Assembly: GCA_903925955.1 (NCBI GenBank)
Contig: CAIYHO010000287.1
Location: 1-61,339, forward strand
Direction: 5' to 3'
DNA: 61,339 bases
Origin: an uncultured Chloroflexota bacterium
GTDB lineage: Bacteria > Chloroflexota > Limnocylindria > Limnocylindrales > CSP1-4
Part shown: positions 17,064-25,290 of the stretch, piece by piece
Layout of the letters: the number at the start of each line of letters is the position of its first letter
Position numbering within the stretch: position 1 is the first letter of the stretch
Made by a program: the position numbers and the translations under genes
Notes under the pieces: model-generated
Seen by the model: only the letters and a program-made list of their open reading frames with translations
Databases searched by the model: none
What the model was told of the DNA's origin: nothing

Positions 17064-18251
17064 TCATGGGGTGGCGCCCGTTGTGGACGCCGCGTCGATG
17101 ACGGCCCTGATCGCGCGTGCGCCGGCCACCGCACCCTGCGGATGGCCTTGAATGGCTCCCCCCACCCCGAGCATCACGTTGATCCCTGCGTGGGCGACAA
17201 GCGGCCCAATCATGTCGGCCGTCACACCACCAGCCAGCATCGGCATCGACGGGCGGAGCTCGCCGCGCTCCTCAAGCAGCCACGTGATGGTCTGCTCATA
17301 GGCCGCCCGACTGAGGGGCCGGCGACCGTGCGGGGTGCTGGTGAACACGGCATCGGCCCCGGCGAGCCGCAGCAGCTTGCCGAATAGAACAGCCTGCCCG
17401 ATGCCGGTGCCTGAGCCCCCCGTGAGTACCTCTGACGTGGTGGTATGGGCGAGGATCGGCACGCCAAGCCCAGACTCCGCGAGGTCCGCAAGGGCGTCGA
17501 GGCCAAGGGCCAGGGCATTGACCATGACCGCATCCGCGCCGGCGTCCACGGCCGAGTGCGCCGTGGCAACCACCCGCGTCGCCCGATCCGTGATGTTGGC
17601 CACATAGCGGGCACGGTGGCCCGTCTCCGCAGCCACGAGGTCAAGCCGCTGCCGATAGGCGCGGGCGCGATCCGCCACGCGGTTGAACGGCGTATCGGCG
17701 AGCAGTTCGTCGTCCTTGATGAGGTCCGCCCCGCCCCGGGCCACCTGCTCTGCAAGGTCAGCCCCTACCTTGGGCGAATACCCGGTGCACGGCTTGATCA
17801 TGTTCAGGAGCAGCGGCCGACCCCACGTGCCGGTCAAGTGCCGCCAGCCATCCGCGCCATACTGCGGCCCGGGAAACGCCGCCGCGAACCCGGGCGGGAG
17901 GTCCACGTCCACGAGCCTCGCGGTCAGCGACGTGGACGGGTCGTTGCCCACCAGAGTCGTGAGGAGCATCGGGAACTGCGCGCCAAAGTTGACCGTAGGG
18001 AAGCCCACACGCAGGACGCGGCGCGCGCCCACCGGCTCGCCGCCAACGTGGCCGTCAGCAGGTTCGTCTCGGATCTCGATCACGCGGGCACCGTGCAGAC
18101 GCTGCATGCGAGAGGTGATGCCAGGCACAGGCACCCAGGTGCCAATGCTCTGCCCGGTCGCGAACGCCTCCGCAACCGATCCCGCATCATCGGACGGCAA
18201 TTCGGCGAGGTACGTCGCCACGAGCTCCTCGCGCCGGGGAACCAAGGTCAT
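17064..18251 (-). CDS. RuBisCO-like protein (form IV RuBisCO large-subunit homolog)
   Basis: ORF 17064..18323 trimmed to ATG 18251 (MTLVPRREEL). GRPLLLNMIKPCTGYSPKVGADLAEQVARGGADLIKDDELLADTPF aligns with RuBisCO GRPLLGCTIKPKLGLS..LRGGLDFTKDDENVNSQPF. Later PMLAGGV and MLGVGGAIQGHP also align. Confidence 0.9.
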   Translation of the reverse strand: MTLVPRREELVATYLAELPSDDAGSVAEAFATGQSIGTWVPVPGITSRMQRLHGARVIEIRDEPADGHVGGEPVGARRVLRVGFPTVNFGAQFPMLLTTLVGNDPSTSLTARLVDVDLPPGFAAAFPGPQYGADGWRHLTGTWGRPLLLNMIKPCTGYSPKVGADLAEQVARGGADLIKDDELLADTPFNRVADRARAYRQRLDLVAAETGHRARYVANITDRATRVVATAHSAVDAGADAVMVNALALGLDALADLAESGLGVPILAHTTTSEVLTGGSGTGIGQAVLFGKLLRLAGADAVFTSTPHGRRPLSRAAYEQTITWLLEERGELRPSMPMLAGGVTADMIGPLVAHAGINVMLGVGGAIQGHPQGAVAGARAIRAVIDAASTTGATP

Positions 18252-18303
18252 CGCGTGCTCAATGGTGTAGGGCGACGTGCGCCCCTGGTCAACACGGTCA
18301 GCC

Positions 18304-19062
18304 CTAGTGCATGCCGCGTCCACCGGCGACGATCAGCAGCTCGCCGGTGATGAAGGCGGCGTCATCGGACGCCAGGAAGGCCGCGGACGCCGCAACGTCA
18401 CCGGGCGTGCCCCAGCGGGCGAGCGCGGTCTCCTCGAGGATCCGCTGGTGCACTTCAGGATCGATGTCCTCCATCATGTCCGTGCGGATCCAGCCGGGAC
18501 AGATGGCGTTGACCCGTACCTGCGGACCCAGGGCAAGCGCCATGGCCTTCGTCAGGCCGTTCATGCCTGCCTTGGACACCACGTACTCGGTGAAGCGCAT
18601 GGCCGACGGGTGGTACAAGCCGGAGTTGGACGAGATATTGATGATCGTCCCGCCGCCCTGCGCAACCATCACCGGCGCCACGGCCTTGGAGCACAGATAG
18701 GCGCCCTTGAGGTTCACGTCAATCGTGCGGTCCCAGTCGTCCTCGTCGGTCTCCATGAGGCTCTTGGTGATCATGATCCCCGCGTTGTTGACGAGGATGT
18801 CGATGCGCCCAAAGTGGTCCAGGGTGGACTGCACCATGGTGGCAACGTCGCTGCCCCGCGATACGTCAGCCTGCAGCGCCACGGCGCGCCCGCCTGCCAG
18901 CACAATCCCGGCCACGGCCGCGTCGGCCTCGGCTTCACGGGCAACGTAGTTCACGACGACCGCAGCGCCCTCGTCGGCCAGGCGACGTGCGACCGCCAGG
19001 CCGATCCCCCGCGAGGAGCCCGTGACGATGGCGACCCTACCGGACAGCCGTTGCTCACCCAT
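18304..19062 (-). CDS. SDR-family oxidoreductase (FabG-like)
   Basis: 252 aa. Motifs: VAIVTGSSRGIG, NNAG, YVVSKAG (YxxxK). Confidence 0.9.
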   Translation of the reverse strand: MGEQRLSGRVAIVTGSSRGIGLAVARRLADEGAAVVVNYVAREAEADAAVAGIVLAGGRAVALQADVSRGSDVATMVQSTLDHFGRIDILVNNAGIMITKSLMETDEDDWDRTIDVNLKGAYLCSKAVAPVMVAQGGGTIINISSNSGLYHPSAMRFTEYVVSKAGMNGLTKAMALALGPQVRVNAICPGWIRTDMMEDIDPEVHQRILEETALARWGTPGDVAASAAFLASDDAAFITGELLIVAGGRGMH

Positions 19063-19065
19063 GCC

Positions 19066-20052
19066 TCACGACCGCGCTGACGCTGTCGCGCCGACAGCGG
19101 TTCGGACGCCCGCCACGATGTCGTCCACCTGCGGCACCGAGGCCTTCTCGAGCGCTAGGTTGAAGGGGATCGTCGTGTTGTAGCCGGCCACGCGGATGAT
19201 GGGCGCCCGGAGGGCATCGAACGCGCGCTCGGCCACGATAGCGGCCACGTCGCTCGCCACGCCGCCGCGCTTGACAGCTTCCTGGGCTATCACCAGACGG
19301 CCGGTCTTGCGCACGGAGTCCAATATTGAGTCCACGTCCATGGGCACCAGCGTCCGGAGGTCGATGACCTCTACAGAGATCCCTTCGGCCGCAAGGATCT
19401 CGGCCGCCCGCAGACTCTTGAGGACCATATGCGACCACGCGACGAGGGTCACGTCGGACCCGCTGCGCTTGATGTCGGCGCGCCCCAGCGGGATCACGTA
19501 CTCGCCGTCTGGGACTTCTCCGTCCGTCATGTAGAGCAACTTGTGCTCGATGAAGATGACGGGGTCCTCGTCGCGGATTGCGGCCGTGAGCAGACCCTTT
19601 GCGTCGGCCGGGGTGGCCGGCATGACCACCTTCAGGCCGGGCACGTGGTAGTAGAGCGCCTCGAGGCTCTGCGAATGCTGCCCCGCAAGGGAGTTGCCCG
19701 TCCCGCCCTGCGTGCGGATGACCATGGGCACAGTGCCCTCACCGCCGGACATGAAGTGATACTTGGCGGCCTGGTTGATCACCTGGTCCATGGCCAGGAG
19801 CAGGAAGTCAACGAAGAGGATCTCCACCACCGGCCGCCGCCCCGCGATGGCCGCCCCCACGCCAAGCCCGACGAACCCGGCCTCGCTCAGCGGCGTGTCG
19901 ATGACGCGCCCGGCGCCATACTTGGTAATGAGCCCTTCGGTGACCTTATAGGACCCTCCGCGCTCGCCGATCCCCTCGCCAAGGCAGAACACGCGCTCGT
20001 CGCGTCCCATCTCCTCGTCGAGGGCCGCCCTGAGGGCTTCGCGGTACTTCAT
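19066..20052 (-). CDS. TPP-dependent 2-oxoacid/acetoin dehydrogenase E1 component, beta subunit
   Basis: 328 aa. MKYREALRAALDEEMGRDERVFCLGEGIGERGG..VIDTPLSEAGFVGLGVGAA is the canonical E1-beta (transketolase pyrimidine-binding plus C-terminal domains). Confidence 0.9.
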   Translation of the reverse strand: MKYREALRAALDEEMGRDERVFCLGEGIGERGGSYKVTEGLITKYGAGRVIDTPLSEAGFVGLGVGAAIAGRRPVVEILFVDFLLLAMDQVINQAAKYHFMSGGEGTVPMVIRTQGGTGNSLAGQHSQSLEALYYHVPGLKVVMPATPADAKGLLTAAIRDEDPVIFIEHKLLYMTDGEVPDGEYVIPLGRADIKRSGSDVTLVAWSHMVLKSLRAAEILAAEGISVEVIDLRTLVPMDVDSILDSVRKTGRLVIAQEAVKRGGVASDVAAIVAERAFDALRAPIIRVAGYNTTIPFNLALEKASVPQVDDIVAGVRTAVGATASARS

Positions 20053-20131
20053 CGTGCGGAGTGTCCTTCCCGGTGCTGCTGGCCGGCGAGCCGGCGTCGA
20101 TCTTCGGTGCGGGTGCTGAGTGAGATCCGGC

Positions 20132-21094
20132 CTACTGCGAAGAGACCTCGGCGAGGAACGCTTCTACCGATGGATTGGGGCTTGCGTTTGCCACGTCGAC
20201 CGCCTCGTCCATCACCTGCTCGACACGCTCGTCGACGGCGGCGATAGCTGCATCGCGCACGCCCGCCTCCGTCAATCGCGCGCGGAGCACGATGAGTGGG
20301 TCCCGTTCCTTCCACCGTCGGAGTTCGTCCTGCGGGAGGTAGAGGCCCGGATCGTTCACGTGGTGGCCGCCGTGGCGGAACGTCATGCACTCGATGAGCG
20401 ACGGCCCTTCGCCGGCCCGGGCCTTGCGGAGCGGTTCGGTCATCGCCTCCAAGACCACGACCGCGTCGTTGCCATCAACGGTCACCCCGGGCATCCCATA
20501 GGCAGCCGCGCGGTCCGACAGCCGGTCCACGCGCGCACTGTCACGGATGGGAGTGGAGACAGCGTACTGGTTGTTCTCCAAGACGAAGATGACCGGCAGG
20601 TCCCATATGGCCGAGAGGTTCATGGCCTCATGCCAGATGCCGTTGGCCGTAGACCCGTCGCTGCAGAACGCGACTACCACCTCGGTACCGCCCCGCTGCT
20701 TGATTGCCATCCCGGCGCCGGCCGCGATTGCCAGCCCGCCACCGACGATCCCGTTGGCCCCAAGGTTTCGGATCGACCGGCTTGCCACGTGCATGGAGCC
20801 GCCGCGGCCGCGGCAATACCCATCTTCCTTCCCGAACAGTTCGGCCATCATCCTGCGTGGGTCATGGCCCTTGGCGATGGCGTGCCCGTGGCCCCGATGT
20901 GTGCTGACGATGTAGTCGTCCGGCTCCAGAGCCGCGATCGCCCCCACTGCGATGGCCTCCTCCCCGAGGTAGGGGTGGAGATAGCCACGGATGTTCCCGA
21001 GGCGATACTGCTCGATGGCGCGCTGCTCAAACCGGCGGATGGTGGCCGCGGTCTCGTACATCGCCAAGAGCCCAAGCGCGTCGGTGACAGTCAT
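20132..21094 (-). CDS. TPP-dependent 2-oxoacid/acetoin dehydrogenase E1 component, alpha subunit
   Basis: 320 aa. Motifs: HPYLGEEAIAVG, STHRGHGHAIAKG, and the TPP motif GDGSTANGIWHEAMNLSAIWDLPVIFVLENNQYA. Confidence 0.9.
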   Translation of the reverse strand: MTVTDALGLLAMYETAATIRRFEQRAIEQYRLGNIRGYLHPYLGEEAIAVGAIAALEPDDYIVSTHRGHGHAIAKGHDPRRMMAELFGKEDGYCRGRGGSMHVASRSIRNLGANGIVGGGLAIAAGAGMAIKQRGGTEVVVAFCSDGSTANGIWHEAMNLSAIWDLPVIFVLENNQYAVSTPIRDSARVDRLSDRAAAYGMPGVTVDGNDAVVVLEAMTEPLRKARAGEGPSLIECMTFRHGGHHVNDPGLYLPQDELRRWKERDPLIVLRARLTEAGVRDAAIAAVDERVEQVMDEAVDVANASPNPSVEAFLAEVSSQ

Positions 21095-21129
21095 AGGTTC
21101 GCGGCTCTCCGTAGGGGCATCAAGTTGAC

Positions 21130-22080
21130 TCAGTACTCGGGGACGACGCGTCCGGCCATCACATCCATCTGGATCTGCTCAAGCTCTGCCCCGTCCAGGA
21201 ACGACATGATGGCCCCCAAAGAGGCGGCATCGGTCGATCGCCCAACGAGGGCCGCCCGCGTGTCCCGATCACCGACCTGGTCGCGGACGGTCTCTGAGAG
21301 CGGGCGGTCAAGCACGCCGTCCGGCCAGCGAACGCGCATCTCGTCGATGGTCCAGACCGCTGCGTCGCCGCGCCCGTCGGCGAGCAGCCGAGCAATCTGC
21401 ACACCCATCGCCGGGACGAGTTCCACCTCCTCGCCGGCAAACTCCAGCGCCGTCAGCAGCTGCTGATCGGCTGAGTGCCGGTCGATGATGACGCGCAGCG
21501 GTCCGCGGGCGTCCTCCGGCGACGTGTAGAAGACCCGGTGGCCCGTGTTGTAGGTCAGCGCCGGAAGCTCTGCCATCACCGAATCACCGCTGTCGCAGAG
21601 CTGCGATGCCGCGAAGCTCGACATCACCGCGAGATGGCAGCGGCCCTCGCGCACCGCCTGGAGGCGCTGGCGTGAACCGCGGACGAAGATGAGGAAGACA
21701 TCCGTCGTCACCACGCTAAGCAACTGCTTCAGGGATGTCGCCAGCGCCTCGTACCGGGGCGACGACGCAAGGGGCAGAGCGATCACGAGGGGCCGCCCGT
21801 TCTCGGCGATTGTCCACAGCCGCCCAACCGACCGTCCCACCATGAAGGCGCCTTGGCGACCGCGCATCTCAATGCCCACCGCCTCGGCCTCGATGAGCCG
21901 TGAAATCGCGGCGTGAACTGACGACGGACTTGACTGGTGCTGCTGGGCAAGCTCACGGACCGTCGGCAGGCGAGCTGGCGGGGCAGGACTGCCCAAGAAC
22001 CGGCGGGCAAGCACTGGCACGAGATCGGCCACGGCACGAGCGCGATTGCGTTCGCGGTTTTCAAACATGAAACGGATCAT
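21130..22080 (-). CDS. YhfZ-family putative transcriptional regulator (GntR-like wHTH plus YhfZ C-terminal domain)
   Basis: ORF 21130..22491 trimmed to ATG 22080 (MIRFMFENR). Segments LVIALPLASSPRYEALATSLKQ, VRGSRQRLQAVREGRCHLAVMSSFAAS and VIIDRHSADQQLLTALEFAGEEVELVP parallel E. coli YhfZ as I remember it. Confidence 0.8.
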   Translation of the reverse strand: MIRFMFENRERNRARAVADLVPVLARRFLGSPAPPARLPTVRELAQQHQSSPSSVHAAISRLIEAEAVGIEMRGRQGAFMVGRSVGRLWTIAENGRPLVIALPLASSPRYEALATSLKQLLSVVTTDVFLIFVRGSRQRLQAVREGRCHLAVMSSFAASQLCDSGDSVMAELPALTYNTGHRVFYTSPEDARGPLRVIIDRHSADQQLLTALEFAGEEVELVPAMGVQIARLLADGRGDAAVWTIDEMRVRWPDGVLDRPLSETVRDQVGDRDTRAALVGRSTDAASLGAIMSFLDGAELEQIQMDVMAGRVVPEY

Positions 22081-22251
22081 ATCGCCCCGCGTCCGCGCTT
22101 CGCAACGCGTCTCAGCGGACCTTCCACGGTGGACGCGGCATGCACTTGGCAGGTCCTTGCCGCACAACCGAGGCTGGCGAGCGCCGGTCCGCCGTCCGGG
22201 GACGCCCAGCCGCGCGGCCGTGATGCGGGCTTTGACACGGGCGGTAGTCTG

Positions 22252-22285
22252 TGATTGTTCTGTGTACTCGCACAAAGAACAATCA
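22252..22285. promoter_or_regulatory. AT-rich inverted repeat in the divergent yhfZ-like / permease control region (candidate operator)
   Basis: TGATTGTTCT (22252-22261) and AGAACAATCA (22276-22285) are perfect 10-bp arms around 14 nt. It is the most AT-rich spot of the 461-bp divergent intergenic region. Confidence 0.4.
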
Positions 22286-22541
22286 GGTCGACAGAGATAT
22301 GAGAGGAGGATCTCGCCGAGGAAAGACATGATCCGGCTGGGCAGGGAGGCTGGATCCGGTGACTCGGCGGTCACACGTCCCCGGGAACCGCGCGCATGCG
22401 GCGCCTCATCGACGCTGCCGTCTGGCGCGACCTGGCTTGTACCAGTTACGCGGGCAAGGCCCGCACCCCAAAGGCGGCCCAACCCGAGCATCTGCCGCCC
22501 ACAGATTGATGGCTACCTGAACTGGTGAAGGAGCGACCTCT

Positions 22542-24002
22542 ATGACCGAGGCGACGGCCAAGCCCCCGGCCGCATTGCACTCAGACCTCGAACGCAACGC
22601 GATCGGGGCGCTCGGCGCCACGATGCAGGCAATCACGCACATCTCGCCGGCAATTGCTGCGTTCTTCTACACGCAGTTCGTGGTCTCGCTCGCCGGGATC
22701 ACGGCCCCCATTGCGTACCTGATTGGCTTCCTGCTGGTGCTGATGCTGGGCAACAGCCTCGTGCAGCTGTCGAAGCACCTGCCGTCCGCCGGCAGCTACT
22801 ACACGTACGTGAGCCGCGCGATCCATCCCCGGATCGGCTTCCTCACTTCATGGATGTACGTCCTGTACTCCCCGCTCTGCGGCGGCCCGATCTACGGGTT
22901 CTTCGGCTTCATCGCCGCGGGCGCCCTGAAGAGCTACTACAACATCGACGTGCCCTGGCTGTGGTGGGTGTGCATCGCGGTGGGCGCCCCGCTCGTCGCA
23001 TTCCTCCAGCACAAAGGGATCAAGATCTCCACCAAGGCCATGCTGGTCCTCGGCGCGTTCGAGATCGGCATCGTCTTCCTGCTTGCTCTCTCGGGGTTCC
23101 TCCATCCGGGCGCTGGCGGCATCTCGCTGGCCGTGTTCAACCCGGCCAACATGCTCAAGGACAGCGGCGGCGCACTCGCTATCTCCGGCTTCACGCTGGC
23201 GATCGTGTTCTCCGTCCAGGGCCTGACCGGCTGGGAGGCCGCGGCCCCGCTCGCCGAAGAAACTCAGAACCCGCGCCGGAACGTCCCGATCTCGGTGATC
23301 GCGTCGATCACCCTGATTGGCGCCTTCCTTGTGTTCGTGTTCTGGGGAATCATCACCTACTTCGGCGTGGACAGCATCGGCAACCTGATCAACTCCAAGG
23401 AACTGCCCGCCCTGGCAATGGCCCAGGACCTGTGGGGCGGGTTCTGGCTGCTGCTCCTGTTCGCGTTCCTCAACAGCGTGATCGCCGTCTGCCTTGCCAC
23501 CGCCAACGTCGGCACCCGCATGTGGTACGCGATGGCGCGCAGCGGATCCTTCCCCAAGGCACTCGCCAAGGTCGAGCCCAAGAGGAAGACTCCGACCAAC
23601 GCGATCCTGCTTCAGATGGTCCTCTCGCTCGTAGCGGGCATCGGCGTTGGGTTCTGGTTCGGCGCCGACGTGTCGTTCTTCCTGATCGACGGCCTGATCC
23701 TCGTGATCGGCGTGACCGTCGTCTACCTGTTCGCGAACCTCTCCGTGTTCATGTTCTACCGAGGCGAGAAGAAGGCGGAGTTCAACGTGCTGCTGCACGT
23801 GGTGTTCCCGCTCCTCTCGTCGTTGGTGCTCATCTACGCGGTTGTCCAGTCGTTCAACCCCGCACCAGCGGAGCCGTACAGCTGGGCGCCAGTCATCGAC
23901 GGTGTCTGGTTCCTGGCCGGCGTGGTCATCCTGGTCTGGATGCGCGCTCGCGGTCGCGAGGACTGGCTCCTCAACGCCGGTGAGGCCATCGCCGAGGCCT
24001 AA
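22542..24002 (+). CDS. APC-superfamily amino acid/polyamine permease
   Basis: 486 aa, 12 TM. GAAGGAG RBS 8 nt upstream of the ATG. Typical APC N-terminal region (LERNAIGALGATMQAITHISPA..). Confidence 0.9.
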   Translation: MTEATAKPPAALHSDLERNAIGALGATMQAITHISPAIAAFFYTQFVVSLAGITAPIAYLIGFLLVLMLGNSLVQLSKHLPSAGSYYTYVSRAIHPRIGFLTSWMYVLYSPLCGGPIYGFFGFIAAGALKSYYNIDVPWLWWVCIAVGAPLVAFLQHKGIKISTKAMLVLGAFEIGIVFLLALSGFLHPGAGGISLAVFNPANMLKDSGGALAISGFTLAIVFSVQGLTGWEAAAPLAEETQNPRRNVPISVIASITLIGAFLVFVFWGIITYFGVDSIGNLINSKELPALAMAQDLWGGFWLLLLFAFLNSVIAVCLATANVGTRMWYAMARSGSFPKALAKVEPKRKTPTNAILLQMVLSLVAGIGVGFWFGADVSFFLIDGLILVIGVTVVYLFANLSVFMFYRGEKKAEFNVLLHVVFPLLSSLVLIYAVVQSFNPAPAEPYSWAPVIDGVWFLAGVVILVWMRARGREDWLLNAGEAIAEA

Positions 24003-24032
24003 TCGGCCCCGCTTACGAAACCTTCCAAGGCA

Positions 24033-24062
24033 CCCCGGCGGCCGCTTCGGCGGCCGCCGGGG
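24033..24062 (+). terminator. Strong GC hairpin after the permease gene
   Basis: CCCCGGCGGCCGC-TTCG-GCGGCCGCCGGGG: a perfect 13-bp stem with a TTCG tetraloop, 31 nt after the stop. No U-tract, which is common in high-GC actinobacteria. Confidence 0.55.
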
Positions 24063-24166
24063 AACTCTGGGCCCGGGGCACCCAACGTCGCGCTCCGCAC
24101 GAGCCGTCGGTGCCAGACCCACCCACCACCGGGCACGAAACAGTGGCATCAAGGAGTTTGAGTAGG

Positions 24167-24934
24167 ATGGAAAAGCGGTTCGTCGGCAAGGTTGCGCTGG
24201 TGACCGGCGCGACAAGCGGCATCGGACAAGCAACGGCTGTCCGGCTGGCGGCCGAAGGTGCGGTCGTTGCGGTGAACGCGCGACCAACCGGTGACGCCAC
24301 CGAGACGCTCGGCAAGATCAAGGAGGTAGGCGGCGAGGGCTTCGCGGTTGTCGCCGACATGCGCGACCCCGCTCAAGTCGTGGCAATGGTCCAGGAGACG
24401 GCGCAGCGGGGCGGCCGCCTCGACTACCTCGTGTCCAACGCCGCCATCAACCCGTTCAGGCCCTGGGACACAACGACCGTCGAGGATTGGAACGACCTCT
24501 CCGAGACAAACCTACGAGGCACGTGGGTGGTGACAACCGAGGCCGCCAAACAGATGATCAAGGAGGGGCACGGAGGGGCGATCTGCTGCACGAGCTCCAT
24601 CTCGGCGCACGTTGGCTCCCCGTTCCAGACGGCGTATTGCGCCACCAAAGCCGGCATCTCGATGTGGGTCAAGGCGTTCGGCTCCGTGGTGGGCACGCAC
24701 GGGATCCGCGTCAACGCGGTTGAGCCCGGCTGGATCCTCACCAAGATGGCCGCACCGATGTTTGACGACCCCGCCGCGGTGAAGTACTACGAAGAGCGAA
24801 TCGCGCTGCATCGGCCGGGCGAGCCCACCGAACTGGCCGGGGCCATCGCGTTCCTGCTGTCTGACGATGCCAGCTACGTGACCTCCGCCACCCTGCTGGT
24901 GGACGGCGGGTTCATCGTCAACGCCGAGCTGTAG
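24167..24934 (+). CDS. SDR-family oxidoreductase
   Basis: ORF 24110..24934 trimmed to ATG 24167 (AAGGAG RBS at 24151). Motifs: VALVTGATSGIG, NAAI, YCATKAG (YxxxK). Confidence 0.9.
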   Translation: MEKRFVGKVALVTGATSGIGQATAVRLAAEGAVVAVNARPTGDATETLGKIKEVGGEGFAVVADMRDPAQVVAMVQETAQRGGRLDYLVSNAAINPFRPWDTTTVEDWNDLSETNLRGTWVVTTEAAKQMIKEGHGGAICCTSSISAHVGSPFQTAYCATKAGISMWVKAFGSVVGTHGIRVNAVEPGWILTKMAAPMFDDPAAVKYYEERIALHRPGEPTELAGAIAFLLSDDASYVTSATLLVDGGFIVNAEL

Positions 24935-24963
24935 GCCCTACAGGGTCAAGAGGAGGGATCGAC

Positions 24964-25227
24964 GTGGCCGTGCGCGTGGTGATGCCCCAAGCGGGCCAGG
25001 ACCTGGAGACAGGGACGGTCCGGCAGTGGCTCAAGGCCGAGGGTGACGCCGTGATCAAGGGCGAGCCGCTGGTCCAGATCGACACCGAGAAGATCTCTGT
25101 TGAGGTGGAAGCACCGGCGTCCGGGACCCTGCTCCGGATCCTGGTCCCAAACGAGACGGACACCGCAATCCTCTCGACGATCGCCATCATCGGCAACCCC
25201 GGTGAGGACATCTCCGGCATCGAATGA
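24964..25227 (+). CDS. Stand-alone biotinyl/lipoyl-attachment domain protein (87 aa)
   Basis: MAVRVVMPQAGQDLETGTVRQWLKAEGDAVIKGEPLVQIDTEKISVEVEAPASGTLLRI is an E2-type lipoyl domain with a candidate acceptor Lys in DTEK. No E2 catalytic domain follows. Confidence 0.8.
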   Translation: MAVRVVMPQAGQDLETGTVRQWLKAEGDAVIKGEPLVQIDTEKISVEVEAPASGTLLRILVPNETDTAILSTIAIIGNPGEDISGIE

Positions 25228-25290
25228 ACGGTGGACAAGTCCCCCGCCCGCTCGCGCAGGCGGTGGGATTTGCTCCACGGAGCAGCCACA

